NCBI RefSeq assembly: GCF_965205175.1
Contig: NZ_OZ242038.1
Coordinates: 2,462,627 to 2,526,626 of the forward strand
Direction: 5' to 3'
From: Candidatus Poriferisodalis sp.
Lineage (GTDB): Bacteria > Actinomycetota > Acidimicrobiia > Acidimicrobiales > Poriferisodalaceae
DNA: 64,000 nt
A program made the position numbers and the translations under genes. The notes beneath the pieces were generated by a model. That model did no database searches, had not been told where the DNA came from, and worked only from the letters and a program-made list of their open reading frames with translations. Position 1 is the first letter of the stretch, and every line of letters begins with the position of its first letter. Shown one piece after another: positions 18,133 to 27,682 of the stretch.

Positions 18133-20445
18133 TCACGAGCCGTTCCCGCTGCGGTCCAGGGTGATTCGGTCGCTGGCGTAGTCGCCGGTCGAGCGAATCC
18201 AGTCCACCCCCGAACCCGCCGGCATCCAGCACGCATCGTCGGCCGTCGGCTCGCCCGAGGCGCCGCGTGCGGGGCTCGGTTCGCCCAACGGTTCATCGGG
18301 AAGCTGCTCGAGCTCGAAGCACATGGCGGCGTGCCAGGCGTACGCCGCAGAACGCACCAGCACCCAGCCGCACGACGCCGCGGCGTTCGGCCCCGCCGCG
18401 TCCGCCACAGCGCACACGACCTCGCCGGGCACCGCTCCGGCCCGATGCCAGCGCCTGAGGGTGTCGCGTTCCTGCGCGCTCAGCAGCTCCCAACGCTCCA
18501 GCAGGTGCCCCATGCCGGTTCCCGCCCGCATCGCGTCGCGCTCAGCAGGCACCCACGGTCGCTGGTCCGCCCAGCCGACGCGCACCCAGGTGGCGATCCA
18601 GCGGCAGCCGGACTCGTCGACGTCGACTGGGCCTCGAACCTCGGCCCAGCCGCGGCCGGGTGCCACCTGCAGGTAGCGCCCGCCGCCGGGCAGGTGCTGC
18701 TGCGGGGAAGGCGCGCCGCCTGCCGATCGAACGTGGGAGCCCAGCCCCAGCGCCGCGAGCGCACGCTGTGCCGATGCCGGCGGCGGCATTGACGGGCAGT
18801 CTTCGTCCGATGGTGCCGGCGTGGCTGCGGGAGGCGGCTCGTGCGCAGGAGGCGCCGTGGTCCGCGTCGGCGGCTGTGGTCGGCGGAGCGGCACGGTGGT
18901 GCGGGTGGGCGCTCGCCCGGCGGCGGAAGGCACAGTGGTCGAGGTGCTGGTCTCGCCGCTGACCGCAGCAGTGGTCGATGTCGACGCCGTCGTCGTGGTC
19001 GATGTGGGGCTCGATGTCGAGGTGGTGATCGTGGACGTGGTCGTGGTGTCCGGGGAGGCCGCGTCGGGCTCAGCAGCGGGCAGACAGGCGTAGTCGTTGG
19101 AACCGTCGATGCGCGTTCGGACGTAGCGGGGCAGCTGGGCGAAGCTGGAGCAATCGAAGATGCACACGCGGTACGTCTCGGGGCCACGAACCCGGTGGAC
19201 GTGCTCTTGAATCTCGGTCTTCGCCAATTGGCCGATGGCAGGGCAGTAGGTGCGAATCGTGGTCTTCTCGCAGTCGCCGGGAGACGTGCACTTGGTGAGC
19301 AGATCCGTCGGGGTCACGCAGCTGCCGCCATGGTCGGGCCGATAGCTGGTGCCGTCGATGCCGTCGCACACCTCCGGGTCGCTGTTCCACGTGCGTCCGG
19401 GCATCTCCCCGCAGGGCACGTACGACAACAGTCCATTGGCGCAGCGGTGTATTCCCAGCTCCGCCAGACGTTCGTCGCTCTCGCTCGCGAGGTGAGCGGG
19501 CGGACGTGCAGTGCCGTCACGCGAGGTCCCAGGACCGCCTTTGTCGTCGTGGTCGATGCCGGTGTCTGCGCCCGGCGCGGGCGTGCGACACGTCAGCGCG
19601 GACAGGCCGGCGCCGCCCAGCGCGTCGGCATAGCGCGGGACTGAACCCGCCGGGCAGCTCTGGCTCGCGGGAGCAGACGGGGCACCCAGCACCGTGCGCT
19701 GACACTCACTGCCGACGGTCCGCCAGCCTGCACCGCACGGGCCCAGCCGTGCGGGCGACGTCACCCAGCGGGTCGCGGTCTCCAAGACCCGCTCTGTCGT
19801 GTAGTGCCGGTTGGCCACGCGATCCCAGTAGCCGGTCTCCACCTCGCTGTACACCGGCACCTCGCGCCAGTAGCCAGGGATCGTGACCTTGGTCGAGAGC
19901 CGATACTCGTACACAGGCACGGTGCGACAGGCGTAGGACGTCAAAGAGATCGGGTCGAAGTTGCAGCGCCGTTTGGTGCCGACCCTCACCCGAACGGGTG
20001 GCACCAGCGGCTCGACGTAGGTGCGCGGCTTCACCCAGACACGATCGGTACCGGTGCGGACCCTCTTGGTGCCCGTCGGCATCCACACCCGGTCGTAGGT
20101 GGTGTGGCTGTAGACCTGCCGCGTCCTTCCGGTGTCCACGGTCGTGGTCACCCGATACTGGCACACCGAGCCGCCGTAGCGACCGGCGACCAGCGTCGAG
20201 CCGGCCGGACACCACGAGGAGCGGGCCACGGTCTGGGTGCGGGGCGTGAGACATCGTCCGCTGCCGCTGTCGAGCACCATGCCGCCGCTGCAGCTCAGCA
20301 CGGGCGTCACCGCAGTCTGGGCTGCCGCGTCGTCGCCGCTGGCAGCGAGGACTGCGCTGCCGAGCGCGACGAGCGCCACCACGAGGTGCCACCCGCCGGC
20401 GCGTCGCACGCCGGCGGCCGACGGCGCCGGGCGAACCCAGGTCAC
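18133..20445 (-). CDS. Large secreted Cys-rich protein with a Thr/Ser/Pro-rich linker; function unknown
   Basis: 770 aa. Signal-like WHLVVALVALGSAVLAASG, many Cys, a PDTTTTSTITTSTSSPTSTTTTASTSTT linker and a Trp-rich C-terminal domain. Confidence 0.7.
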   Translation of the reverse strand: MTWVRPAPSAAGVRRAGGWHLVVALVALGSAVLAASGDDAAAQTAVTPVLSCSGGMVLDSGSGRCLTPRTQTVARSSWCPAGSTLVAGRYGGSVCQYRVTTTVDTGRTRQVYSHTTYDRVWMPTGTKRVRTGTDRVWVKPRTYVEPLVPPVRVRVGTKRRCNFDPISLTSYACRTVPVYEYRLSTKVTIPGYWREVPVYSEVETGYWDRVANRHYTTERVLETATRWVTSPARLGPCGAGWRTVGSECQRTVLGAPSAPASQSCPAGSVPRYADALGGAGLSALTCRTPAPGADTGIDHDDKGGPGTSRDGTARPPAHLASESDERLAELGIHRCANGLLSYVPCGEMPGRTWNSDPEVCDGIDGTSYRPDHGGSCVTPTDLLTKCTSPGDCEKTTIRTYCPAIGQLAKTEIQEHVHRVRGPETYRVCIFDCSSFAQLPRYVRTRIDGSNDYACLPAAEPDAASPDTTTTSTITTSTSSPTSTTTTASTSTTAAVSGETSTSTTVPSAAGRAPTRTTVPLRRPQPPTRTTAPPAHEPPPAATPAPSDEDCPSMPPPASAQRALAALGLGSHVRSAGGAPSPQQHLPGGGRYLQVAPGRGWAEVRGPVDVDESGCRWIATWVRVGWADQRPWVPAERDAMRAGTGMGHLLERWELLSAQERDTLRRWHRAGAVPGEVVCAVADAAGPNAAASCGWVLVRSAAYAWHAAMCFELEQLPDEPLGEPSPARGASGEPTADDACWMPAGSGVDWIRSTGDYASDRITLDRSGNGS

Positions 20446-22439
20446 GACGAGCCCCCAGCCGAGGGCAGTTGGGCCTCAGACAGCGACGCGGCGGCCGGCC
20501 ACCAGTAGCGATCGGTCTGCGGCGGCCAGCCGGCTTCGGGACACGGCGGCATCGGCCGCGGGTAGGCGCGCTCGGACTCGGTGAGCGGCAGCGAGCCCGG
20601 CGGCCACGGCTTCTTTGCTCGCCGCTCCACTGGCCGTGCCAGCGCCTCATCGATGACGCTGGGGTCGCCAGAGCAGCCGAACACCACCTCGAACGACTTG
20701 AACGGCGAGAGGTACATCCGTTCATGCCAGCTCGCGCCGGGATCCCAGGCAGTGGCCGACAGCTCGGAGGTCACCGCAGGCGCCGCGGCGGCCAGCGCCC
20801 TCCACTGCGCAGACGTGCAGTGCGGCTCGAGCTCAGGGCGATGCAGCTCGCCGTCGACCAGCGTGCCGACAGGAATGCCGGCTTGGCACCACCACTCCAG
20901 GTGCCACCGGTGATCGCGGTGTGCCGTCCACGCCTCTCGCTGGGGCACGTCCACCCATTCACGGACGGCAACCCACCGATTGCGCACGCCCGAGGCCCAC
21001 ACCCGAGGCTCGCTCCAGTCGACCGACGCAGCGTCGGCTTGCTGGGCGTCGGCGAGCCACTGGCGCGCGCGCTCGAAGGCGTCGCCGTCGCAGCCGCCCT
21101 CGAACAGCTCATTGCGAAGCACCCTGAAGCTGAGGCGGGACCACGTGAGCCACATGGCTTCGACTTGCGCCGGATGGTCGGTGCCGGCGTCGAGGCGTTC
21201 GCCCGACGATGCGTCGACGAGGAACGACTGCCCCGGCGGGTGACAGATCACCGCCAGCGCCTGTCCGGCAGCGCTGAGGTCGCCAACCCAGGCCCGCTCG
21301 ACCGGCGGGAAGGCGAACTCCAGGCGCAGGCCGCGCGCCCACAGCGATTCGAGCTGGCGCGTGCGATGCGATGCCGTGTAGACGCCCGGGATGATGGTGG
21401 CCAGGTCGCTGCAGGCTTCCCACAAGGACGCCGGGCCGGTGCTGACCGCGGCGTGGCCGACCAGCGAGTCCGTGACGGCGCCGTGAGCGGCCCTGAGGGT
21501 GAGCCAGCGCTTGGCCTGCGCTGACCAGTCGCCAGGGAAGAACCCCATGTCGGTCAGGCTGTGGCCGCCGAGCGCCAGCTCCATCGGCTCGCCGGGGCTG
21601 TAGACGAGCAGCTTGGCAACGTCGTTGACGGTCGTGCCCCACGAGTGCATCGGCCGATCTCCTGGCGACCGCATGCCCAGGATGAATGCCTCCACGGCGG
21701 CGGCTGCGCGGTCGCGCTGCTGGGCGCTGTCGCCGACGTCGATTCCCAGCGCCTGCGGTGTGGGATGCGGCGGGCACAGCGCTGCGTGGTCGTAGGCAGC
21801 GCTGCGATCTGCGGACAGTCGCGTCTGGTAGTCGAGGCCGGACGGGTCGATCACCAGCTCCCAGGCGGTCTCGGTGCCCGCACGTCGCCGCGCGATCCCT
21901 TCTCCTTGTTCCAGCGCGTCGCGTGCATCCGCCAGATACGGCGGCATCGCTTCCCATTCCCGACGCTGATCGACGACGTAGCGCAGACCAGCCGCCACGT
22001 CGTCGCTCAGAGCCGAGCGCGATCCTCTCGCGGCAGGCTCGGCGACGGGCGCCGCAGCAGCCTCTGCAGCGGCCAAGGCCTCGGGATACGGCGGCCAGGG
22101 CACCCAGATGCGCCCGCTGCCGATGTCGACGGCGCCAGGCAGCGGCGGCGACTGCAACTGCTGCTTGCGCACCGGAGTCGGGAAGCTGCCGTCGCCGGCG
22201 ATGATCGGCCGTGCTTCGGTGACGTCTCGCGGGAGCGGCGATGCGTCGCTCGACTCGGTGACAGCAGTGCTGGGCGCAGCCGAGATCGGCGATCCGGTGT
22301 CGGCAGGCGCAGCCTGGTCGCCGCTGCATGCTGCGCCGAGCACCATCGCCGTCGCTGCGAACGCCAAGCGTCCGCCGCCCATGCCTGCGCCACCTGCGTT
22401 GCCTGCGCCGCCTGCGTTTCGCCTTCGTCGGATGACCAT
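20442..22439 (-). CDS. Large probable lipoprotein/secreted protein; function unknown
   Basis: 665 aa. N-terminus RLAFAATAMVLGAACSGDQ is lipobox-like but not a perfect match. 4-nt overlap with the next gene. Confidence 0.65.
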   Translation of the reverse strand: MVIRRRRNAGGAGNAGGAGMGGGRLAFAATAMVLGAACSGDQAAPADTGSPISAAPSTAVTESSDASPLPRDVTEARPIIAGDGSFPTPVRKQQLQSPPLPGAVDIGSGRIWVPWPPYPEALAAAEAAAAPVAEPAARGSRSALSDDVAAGLRYVVDQRREWEAMPPYLADARDALEQGEGIARRRAGTETAWELVIDPSGLDYQTRLSADRSAAYDHAALCPPHPTPQALGIDVGDSAQQRDRAAAAVEAFILGMRSPGDRPMHSWGTTVNDVAKLLVYSPGEPMELALGGHSLTDMGFFPGDWSAQAKRWLTLRAAHGAVTDSLVGHAAVSTGPASLWEACSDLATIIPGVYTASHRTRQLESLWARGLRLEFAFPPVERAWVGDLSAAGQALAVICHPPGQSFLVDASSGERLDAGTDHPAQVEAMWLTWSRLSFRVLRNELFEGGCDGDAFERARQWLADAQQADAASVDWSEPRVWASGVRNRWVAVREWVDVPQREAWTAHRDHRWHLEWWCQAGIPVGTLVDGELHRPELEPHCTSAQWRALAAAAPAVTSELSATAWDPGASWHERMYLSPFKSFEVVFGCSGDPSVIDEALARPVERRAKKPWPPGSLPLTESERAYPRPMPPCPEAGWPPQTDRYWWPAAASLSEAQLPSAGGSS

Positions 22440-22704
22440 CGCACCGCTCCCCAGAGCTCGCTGCCCGCAGCCGTCTCGCTGAGTCGAGACCGACGCTGAG
22501 GCAATGCAGTGAGTTCTAGATGAGCGATGTCATGCATTTCCAATGGTTTTCAATGCTCACCGTTTCGCCGTCTCACGACGCTCAACGCTGCAAGACACCC
22601 AGCACTTCACGGCGCACAGGCTTGGAGACGTTCAGCGCTTGGACAGCACCGCCCCGGCCACGCCACGGCGGCCGGCAGCGCACCCAGCGACGGCTGCGGC
22701 GCTG

Positions 22705-23148
22705 CTACGGGCTGTCGAGGGTGTCGAGGCTGTCGAGCGCGGCGGCGAGCACGCCGTTCACGAATGCCCCGCTGCGGTCTGTCGCACCCAGCCGGTGTGC
22801 CAGCTCGACGGCTTCGTTGATGACGACTGCGGCAGGGGCAGCGCCGCGGTCCAGCTCGAACAAGCCCTGCAGCAAAATCAGCCGGTCGCAGGCGCCGAGG
22901 CGGCCCGGCGACCACCCCGTGTTCAGCAACTGCCCGAGTCGCGCGGTCAGCTGGTCTCGGCGGTCCGCGACGCCAGTGGCGAGTTCGCGCGCGAACGTGT
23001 CGAGGTCGCTGACTTGCTCGGCCAGCACCTCTGCCAGGCTGCAGGACTTCATCTCGGCCTCGTACAGCAGCTCCACCGAGCGCTGACGCGCCTCTCTGCG
23101 ACGGGTCGGCTCGTCGGGCGCCGCGAACGGGTCGCTTGAACGGCTCAT
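22705..23148 (-). CDS. nusB: Transcription antitermination factor NusB
   Basis: 147 aa. RREARQRSVELLYEAEM...DRLILLQGLFEL...VINEAVELAH...FVNGVL. Confidence 0.9.
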   Translation of the reverse strand: MSRSSDPFAAPDEPTRRREARQRSVELLYEAEMKSCSLAEVLAEQVSDLDTFARELATGVADRRDQLTARLGQLLNTGWSPGRLGACDRLILLQGLFELDRGAAPAAVVINEAVELAHRLGATDRSGAFVNGVLAAALDSLDTLDSP

Positions 23149-23165
23149 CGCAGGGAACCTGCGGT

Positions 23166-23732
23166 TCAGCTGCGGGCCCGCTCGATGTAGTCGCCGTTGC
23201 GAGTGTCCACCTTCAGCCGCTCGCCGGCCTCGATGAACAGCGGCACCTGGATCACCAGCCCGGTGGACATCGTGGCCGGCTTGCGGGCGCCCGACACCCG
23301 GTCGCCTTGCACGCCGGGATCGGTGTCGGCCACCTCGAGCACGACCGACGCAGGCAGTTCCACGCCCAGCACCTCGTCGCCGTGCCGCACGACGGTGGCC
23401 GTCTCGCCCTCGACGAGGAAGCTCGTGGCGCCGGCCGCCGCCGTGCGGCTGACCGGGAGCTGCTCGTAGGTGTCGGTGTCCATGAACACCAGCGTCTCGC
23501 CGTCCGCGTACAGGTACTGCATGTCGCGGTGGTCGATGACGGCTCGCTCCATGCGCTCGCCTGCCCTGAACGTGCGCTCGAGCGTGGCGCCTGTGCGGAC
23601 GTTGCGCAGCGTGGTTCGCACGAAGGCGCCGCCCTTGCCCGGCTTGACATGCTGGAACTCCGCCAGCTGGAACAGGCCGTCGGCCAGCTCAAGCGTCATG
23701 CCGTTGCGGAAATCCGCCGTGGAGATGGCCAT
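23166..23732 (-). CDS. efp: Elongation factor P
   Basis: 188 aa. FRNGMTLELADGLF...FQHVKPGKGGAFVRTTLRNV. Confidence 0.95.
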   Translation of the reverse strand: MAISTADFRNGMTLELADGLFQLAEFQHVKPGKGGAFVRTTLRNVRTGATLERTFRAGERMERAVIDHRDMQYLYADGETLVFMDTDTYEQLPVSRTAAAGATSFLVEGETATVVRHGDEVLGVELPASVVLEVADTDPGVQGDRVSGARKPATMSTGLVIQVPLFIEAGERLKVDTRNGDYIERARS

Positions 23733-23872
23733 GTCAACCTCGCGGGGTCAAGCTCGACGCGGGGCCGTCCCGCACCGGGCGGTCGCTCAGGCTCATCGGC
23801 CGCAGTCCGGCAGCGTGCCGTGCGCACGATGAGCGACCAGACGGTACAGGCGACGCACCAGTGCCGACGCGC

Positions 23873-24382
23873 TCAGGGCGCGTGCGGAGGGTCGCCGGCA
23901 GCGTCGGGTGGCAGCGCGCCGGCCTGCGCGACGTCTGTTGCGGACGCGGCTGCGGCGACGGCCAGCTCCACCGCTCGCGGGTAGCCGGCAGCGCCCTCCC
24001 CCGCCACCCGCGCGCAGGCCAGCGGCTCGACCACCGACAGGTGCCGCCACTGCTCGCGCTCGCGGGGCTCGGACAGATGCAATTCCACGATCGGGCCCTC
24101 GAAGGCGGCGAGCGCATCATGCAGCGACCATCCGTAGTGGGTCAGCGCGCCGGGGTTCACCACGATGGCCGCGACCCGGCCGATGCCTTCGTGGACTGCG
24201 TCGACGAGGTCGCCTTCGTGGTTGCTGTGGCGGTGTTCGAGGTCCCATCCGTGCGCGGTCGCGGCCCGGCGTGCCGCCCGCACGTGGTCGAGCAGCGTCT
24301 CGGTGCCGTAGATCTCCGGTTGGCGGGTGCCCAAGAGGTTCAGGTTCGGACCCGACAGCAGCAGCACGACTCGGCGAGGCAT
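23873..24382 (-). CDS. aroQ: Type II 3-dehydroquinate dehydratase
   Basis: ATG at 24382. MPRRVVLLLSGPNLNLLGTRQPEIYG...HSNHEGDLVD...VNPGALTHY. The upstream 205 aa of the track ORF are rejected. Confidence 0.9.
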   Translation of the reverse strand: MPRRVVLLLSGPNLNLLGTRQPEIYGTETLLDHVRAARRAATAHGWDLEHRHSNHEGDLVDAVHEGIGRVAAIVVNPGALTHYGWSLHDALAAFEGPIVELHLSEPREREQWRHLSVVEPLACARVAGEGAAGYPRAVELAVAAAASATDVAQAGALPPDAAGDPPHAP

Positions 24383-24390
24383 GACGCCGT

Positions 24391-25620
24391 TCACATCCCT
24401 TCGAGCGCGTCGCGCAGCACTGCCGGATCGATGCGAGGGACCACTTCGAGGCCGTCGGGGCCGTCGAGCACGAAGGTGATGCCGTCGACGGATTTCTTGT
24501 CCCGCCCGAACAGCTCGATGATCTCGTCGTGATCGATTCCCTGCGGCAGAGCCGTCTCGAGTCCGTACGCGGCGAGCACGCGCTCGTGCTCGGCGACGCG
24601 CTCGTCGTCGATGCGCCCGAGCCTGCGCGCGACCAGCGCCGCGTACCGCAGCCCCACGGCTACGGCCTCGCCGTGGCGCAAATCGAAGTGTCCCGCTGTT
24701 TCGAGCGCGTGGCCCAGCGTGTGCCCGTAGTTCAGCAGGGCCCGCCGACCGCCCTCGGTCTCGTCCGCGCCCACCACTTCGGCCTTGACGGCGACGCAGG
24801 CAGCAACCAGCTCCGGGCGTTCCAAGTCGGCCAGTCCGACGCCTGCGGCCAGTCGGCTGCGCAGCTCGTCGCCCCGCAGTCCGCGCCGCACGAGCCGGTC
24901 GCGGCAACGTCCGAGCGGTGAGGCCTGGCGCCCGGCCGTGCCGTTCGCGCCGGGTGAGACATCTGCGGCGCCCGGCGCGGCGTCGCCGGCAGGCCATTGG
25001 ACATCATGCGCGACTCGCTGGGGTCCGATCAGCGCGGCAGCCTGCGCAGAGCAGCCGATGAAGTGGTACTTGGCGAGCTCGCCGTAGCCGGCCAGCAGCT
25101 CTCGCGCCGGCAGCGTGTCGAGCACTGCGGTGTCGCACAGCACTGCGCTCGGCTGCCAGTACGCGCCGATCAGATTCTTGCCCTCGGGCAAGTTCACCCC
25201 CGTCTTGCCGCCGACGGCTGCGTCGATCTGGCCCAGCAGCGTGGTGGGGACATGCACCACGGCGACGCCGCGGTGGTAGACCGCCGCCGCGAACCCGGCG
25301 ACGTCGGTGACCACGCCGCCGCCGACGGCCAGCACGACGTCTTGGCGGGTGAGGCCGAACCGAGCGAAGCCGCTGCAGAGATCCTGCACCGTCGTGATCT
25401 GCTTGGCGTGCTCGCCGTCGGGGATCGTGAACGTTCGATGCGCGACGCCCGGGTCCACCTCGACCTCGATGCCGCGTTGGGTGACCAGCGCAGCTCGCCG
25501 TGCCTCGGGCGGCATGACGTGCGACAGCTCGGCGCGCACACCCTCGCCGACGAGCACCGGATAGGAACGCTTGCCGAGCGGCACAACCACGATGATCGGT
25601 GCTGTCGCCGGCGCGGTCAT
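24391..25620 (-). CDS. aroB: 3-dehydroquinate synthase
   Basis: LAVGGGVVTDVAGFAAAVYHRGV..VHVPTTLLGQIDAAVGGKTGVN...GHTLGHALE; 409 aa with an internal insert. Confidence 0.92.
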   Translation of the reverse strand: MTAPATAPIIVVVPLGKRSYPVLVGEGVRAELSHVMPPEARRAALVTQRGIEVEVDPGVAHRTFTIPDGEHAKQITTVQDLCSGFARFGLTRQDVVLAVGGGVVTDVAGFAAAVYHRGVAVVHVPTTLLGQIDAAVGGKTGVNLPEGKNLIGAYWQPSAVLCDTAVLDTLPARELLAGYGELAKYHFIGCSAQAAALIGPQRVAHDVQWPAGDAAPGAADVSPGANGTAGRQASPLGRCRDRLVRRGLRGDELRSRLAAGVGLADLERPELVAACVAVKAEVVGADETEGGRRALLNYGHTLGHALETAGHFDLRHGEAVAVGLRYAALVARRLGRIDDERVAEHERVLAAYGLETALPQGIDHDEIIELFGRDKKSVDGITFVLDGPDGLEVVPRIDPAVLRDALEGM

Positions 25621-25749
25621 CGCAGGCGAGGGTAGCGATGCGCCTGCCGCGGCTTCGAGGCTGGCTGCCTGCTCTGCATCGAGCTACCGGGACGGCATCG
25701 AGCCGCTGTACTGCCGTTCGGGTGACGCGCCGGTTCGACGGGTCGATGC

Positions 25750-26427
25750 TCAGGCGGCGAGGCCTGACGGCACTGTCCACCAGGCGGTGGCGAGTGCCCC
25801 GGCGACCAACGAGGGACCGAGCGCGAACCGGTGATCGGGGCTGTGGCCCAGTGCTACCACCCCGATGCCGCCGACCGCGGCTGCTATCGCGAAGCCTGCG
25901 AGCAGACCGGTCCAGACGGCTGCGAGCCCGCCAAGCCCCAAGTGCAGTCCGAGGTAGGCGCCGAGTCGCACGTCGCCGTAGCCCAGCCCGCCGCGTGCGG
26001 CGCGCCAGACGATGCGCATCGTCGCCCAGCCGAGCGCCGACCCGAGGCCCGCCGTCACCGAAGCGCGCCCCAGGCCCGCGATGCCGCCGTCTGCCAGTGC
26101 AGCAGCGCACACCAGCGGCACGGCGGCGCACGCGCAGGCGCGCAGCAGCCGCGTGGGGATCAGGTGCGTCCGCAGATCGATGGCCGAGATCAACACGCCG
26201 GCCCAGGCGAGTGCGAGCAGCGGCGCGAGGTAAGCGCTGTGGCCAAGACGCAGCGCGAAGATGGCGGCCACGGCGATGCAGGAAGCGACGACCGGCAACG
26301 GGTACGCAGCCACTCCGAAACAGCGCCTCGCGCAGCGAACGGCAACAAGGCCGGCTGCCGCCCCTCCCAGCCCTGCCGCTGCTGCCGCCGGAGCTGCGAT
26401 GCTGAGTTCTGTCACCACCATGGTCAT
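25750..26427 (-). CDS. Prepilin (A24 family) aspartic peptidase
   Basis: Polytopic 225-aa protein. GLGYGDVRLG and FALGPSL match the two Asp-box regions of type IV prepilin/TadV peptidases. Confidence 0.8.
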   Translation of the reverse strand: MTMVVTELSIAAPAAAAAGLGGAAAGLVAVRCARRCFGVAAYPLPVVASCIAVAAIFALRLGHSAYLAPLLALAWAGVLISAIDLRTHLIPTRLLRACACAAVPLVCAAALADGGIAGLGRASVTAGLGSALGWATMRIVWRAARGGLGYGDVRLGAYLGLHLGLGGLAAVWTGLLAGFAIAAAVGGIGVVALGHSPDHRFALGPSLVAGALATAWWTVPSGLAA

Positions 26428-26493
26428 GCTGACTGGCCCCCCTACTGATCGGACTGCGGCCGGCGGGGCCGCTTTGCGCCCGGGGAGCAGGAG

Positions 26494-27348
26494 CTACCCG
26501 GCGATGGCGAGGCCGACGGCTGCTGCCATGGCATCGACAGGAGCGGCATGGCCGGTCCACATGGTGAACTGCTCGGCGGCCTGGAACAAGAGCATTCCGG
26601 TGCCGTTGAGCGTCGTCGCGCCCGCGCGGGCGGCAGCATCGAGGAACGGCGTGCGTTGGGGCCGGTAGATGAGGTCGGTCACGGTCTGGCCTTCGCCCAG
26701 CAGCGCCGGATCTGTCGGCAGCGGATCGTTGTGGGCCATGCCGAGCGGCGTGGCGTTCACGACGAGGTCTGCGTCGCGCACCGCTTCGGCCGTGCCGACG
26801 CTCACGCTGCCCTGTGACGTCCCTGCTGCGGAGGCGGCCACGTTCCCGACTTCGGCTGTGCGTTCCGCGGCAGCTGCCGAGCGATTCACCACCGTCACCG
26901 ACGCGCCGTGGGCTGCCAGCGCTACGACGACGGCGCGCGCTGCGCCGCCCGCCCCCAGCACCACTGCACGCCGGCCCGTGGGTTCCATCCCCGCTTGTTC
27001 GCGCAGCGATCGGATGAAGCCGGTGCCGTCGGTGTTCTCACCGATCAGCCGGCTGCCGTCGCGGCGGATGCAGTTCACTGCGCCGAGCAGCATCGCCGTC
27101 GCGGACAGCTCATCGCACGCGGCGGCGGCAGCGTCCTTGTGCGGCATGGTGACCGACAGTCCCTCGATGCCCAACGCCCGCATCGCCGCCACGGCATCGC
27201 CGCCCGCGCCGGCGGGCACCTCGAACGCTGCGTAGACCCAGTCCAGCCCCAGTGCAGCGAACGCCGCGTTGTGCAGCGCCGGACTCAGCGAATGCCGCAC
27301 CGGATACCCGATGACCCCAGCAACACGCGTCCGACCGCTCACCAACAT
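26494..27348 (-). CDS. aroE: Shikimate 5-dehydrogenase
   Basis: ATG at 27348. VIGYPVRHSLSPALHNAAF...SVTMPHK...NTDGTGF...VLGAGGAARAV. Confidence 0.88.
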   Translation of the reverse strand: MLVSGRTRVAGVIGYPVRHSLSPALHNAAFAALGLDWVYAAFEVPAGAGGDAVAAMRALGIEGLSVTMPHKDAAAAACDELSATAMLLGAVNCIRRDGSRLIGENTDGTGFIRSLREQAGMEPTGRRAVVLGAGGAARAVVVALAAHGASVTVVNRSAAAAERTAEVGNVAASAAGTSQGSVSVGTAEAVRDADLVVNATPLGMAHNDPLPTDPALLGEGQTVTDLIYRPQRTPFLDAAARAGATTLNGTGMLLFQAAEQFTMWTGHAAPVDAMAAAVGLAIAG

Positions 27349-27509
27349 CACGGCCCCATCCCTAGCAGCCCGACACCCGCCACAAGCGCAAGCAACGCGG
27401 CACTGGGCCACTCAGTCAAGCGTTCGGCCGCCGAGAGCGCCAACGCGGCCGCTGAGTCCAGCGTCGGGTTTGAGGTCGTCGCAGCGACCTACTGCGTCCG
27501 GTTGAAGTC

Positions 27510-27632
27510 AACACCGAAGGAACGAGGCGGGCCGGAGCCCGCCTCGCAACGTGATGCATATTGCCCCGCCAAGCGGGACTCTGCTTGTTGTTGGCAGCCG
27601 GAGCTACCGCCAACCATTCCCTGAGGACAGGC
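27510..27632 (-). ncRNA. Predicted tracrRNA (anti-repeat, nexus-like element and three hairpins)
   Basis: The minus-strand transcript contains UCAGGGAAUGGU...CGGCUGCCAACAAC, complementary to the 5' 25 nt of the minus-sense CRISPR repeat. This is followed by AAGCAGAGUCCCGCUUGGCGGG, the hairpin GCAAU-N9-GUUGC and the GC-rich hairpin CGAGGCGGGC-UCCG-GCCCGCCUCG (27523-27546), then UUCCUUCGGUGUU. The ends are approximate. Confidence 0.55.
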
Positions 27633-27682
27633 TATCGTGTGTTGCCCACTCGTTCACACGCACCGCTTGAGGGGGCAATCGC

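Noticed and set aside
25750-26427. Prepilin peptidase embedded in the shikimate cluster, and the absence of aroK/aroC between aroB and aroE, considered as an anomalous arrangement
   Set aside because: From memory, an A24 peptidase next to aro genes is a common actinobacterial arrangement, and aroK/aroC may simply lie elsewhere. I cannot support this as unusual from this window alone.
25004-26560. 518-aa minus-strand ORF spanning aroB and the prepilin peptidase, and the long N-terminal extensions of track ORFs 2589-3836, 2248-2934 and 23873-24997
   Set aside because: The sequence is out of frame with, or upstream of, the conserved parts and is extremely Arg-rich. Internal starts that create ATGA/GTGA overlaps with the neighbouring genes give proteins of canonical length.
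27416-27613. 65-aa minus-strand ORF (MAVAPAANNKQSPAWRG...) upstream of cas9, considered as a small cas-associated or anti-CRISPR-like gene
   Set aside because: It is Arg-rich junk translation that overlaps the predicted tracrRNA hairpins and anti-repeat. The RNA interpretation explains the conservation to the repeat much better.
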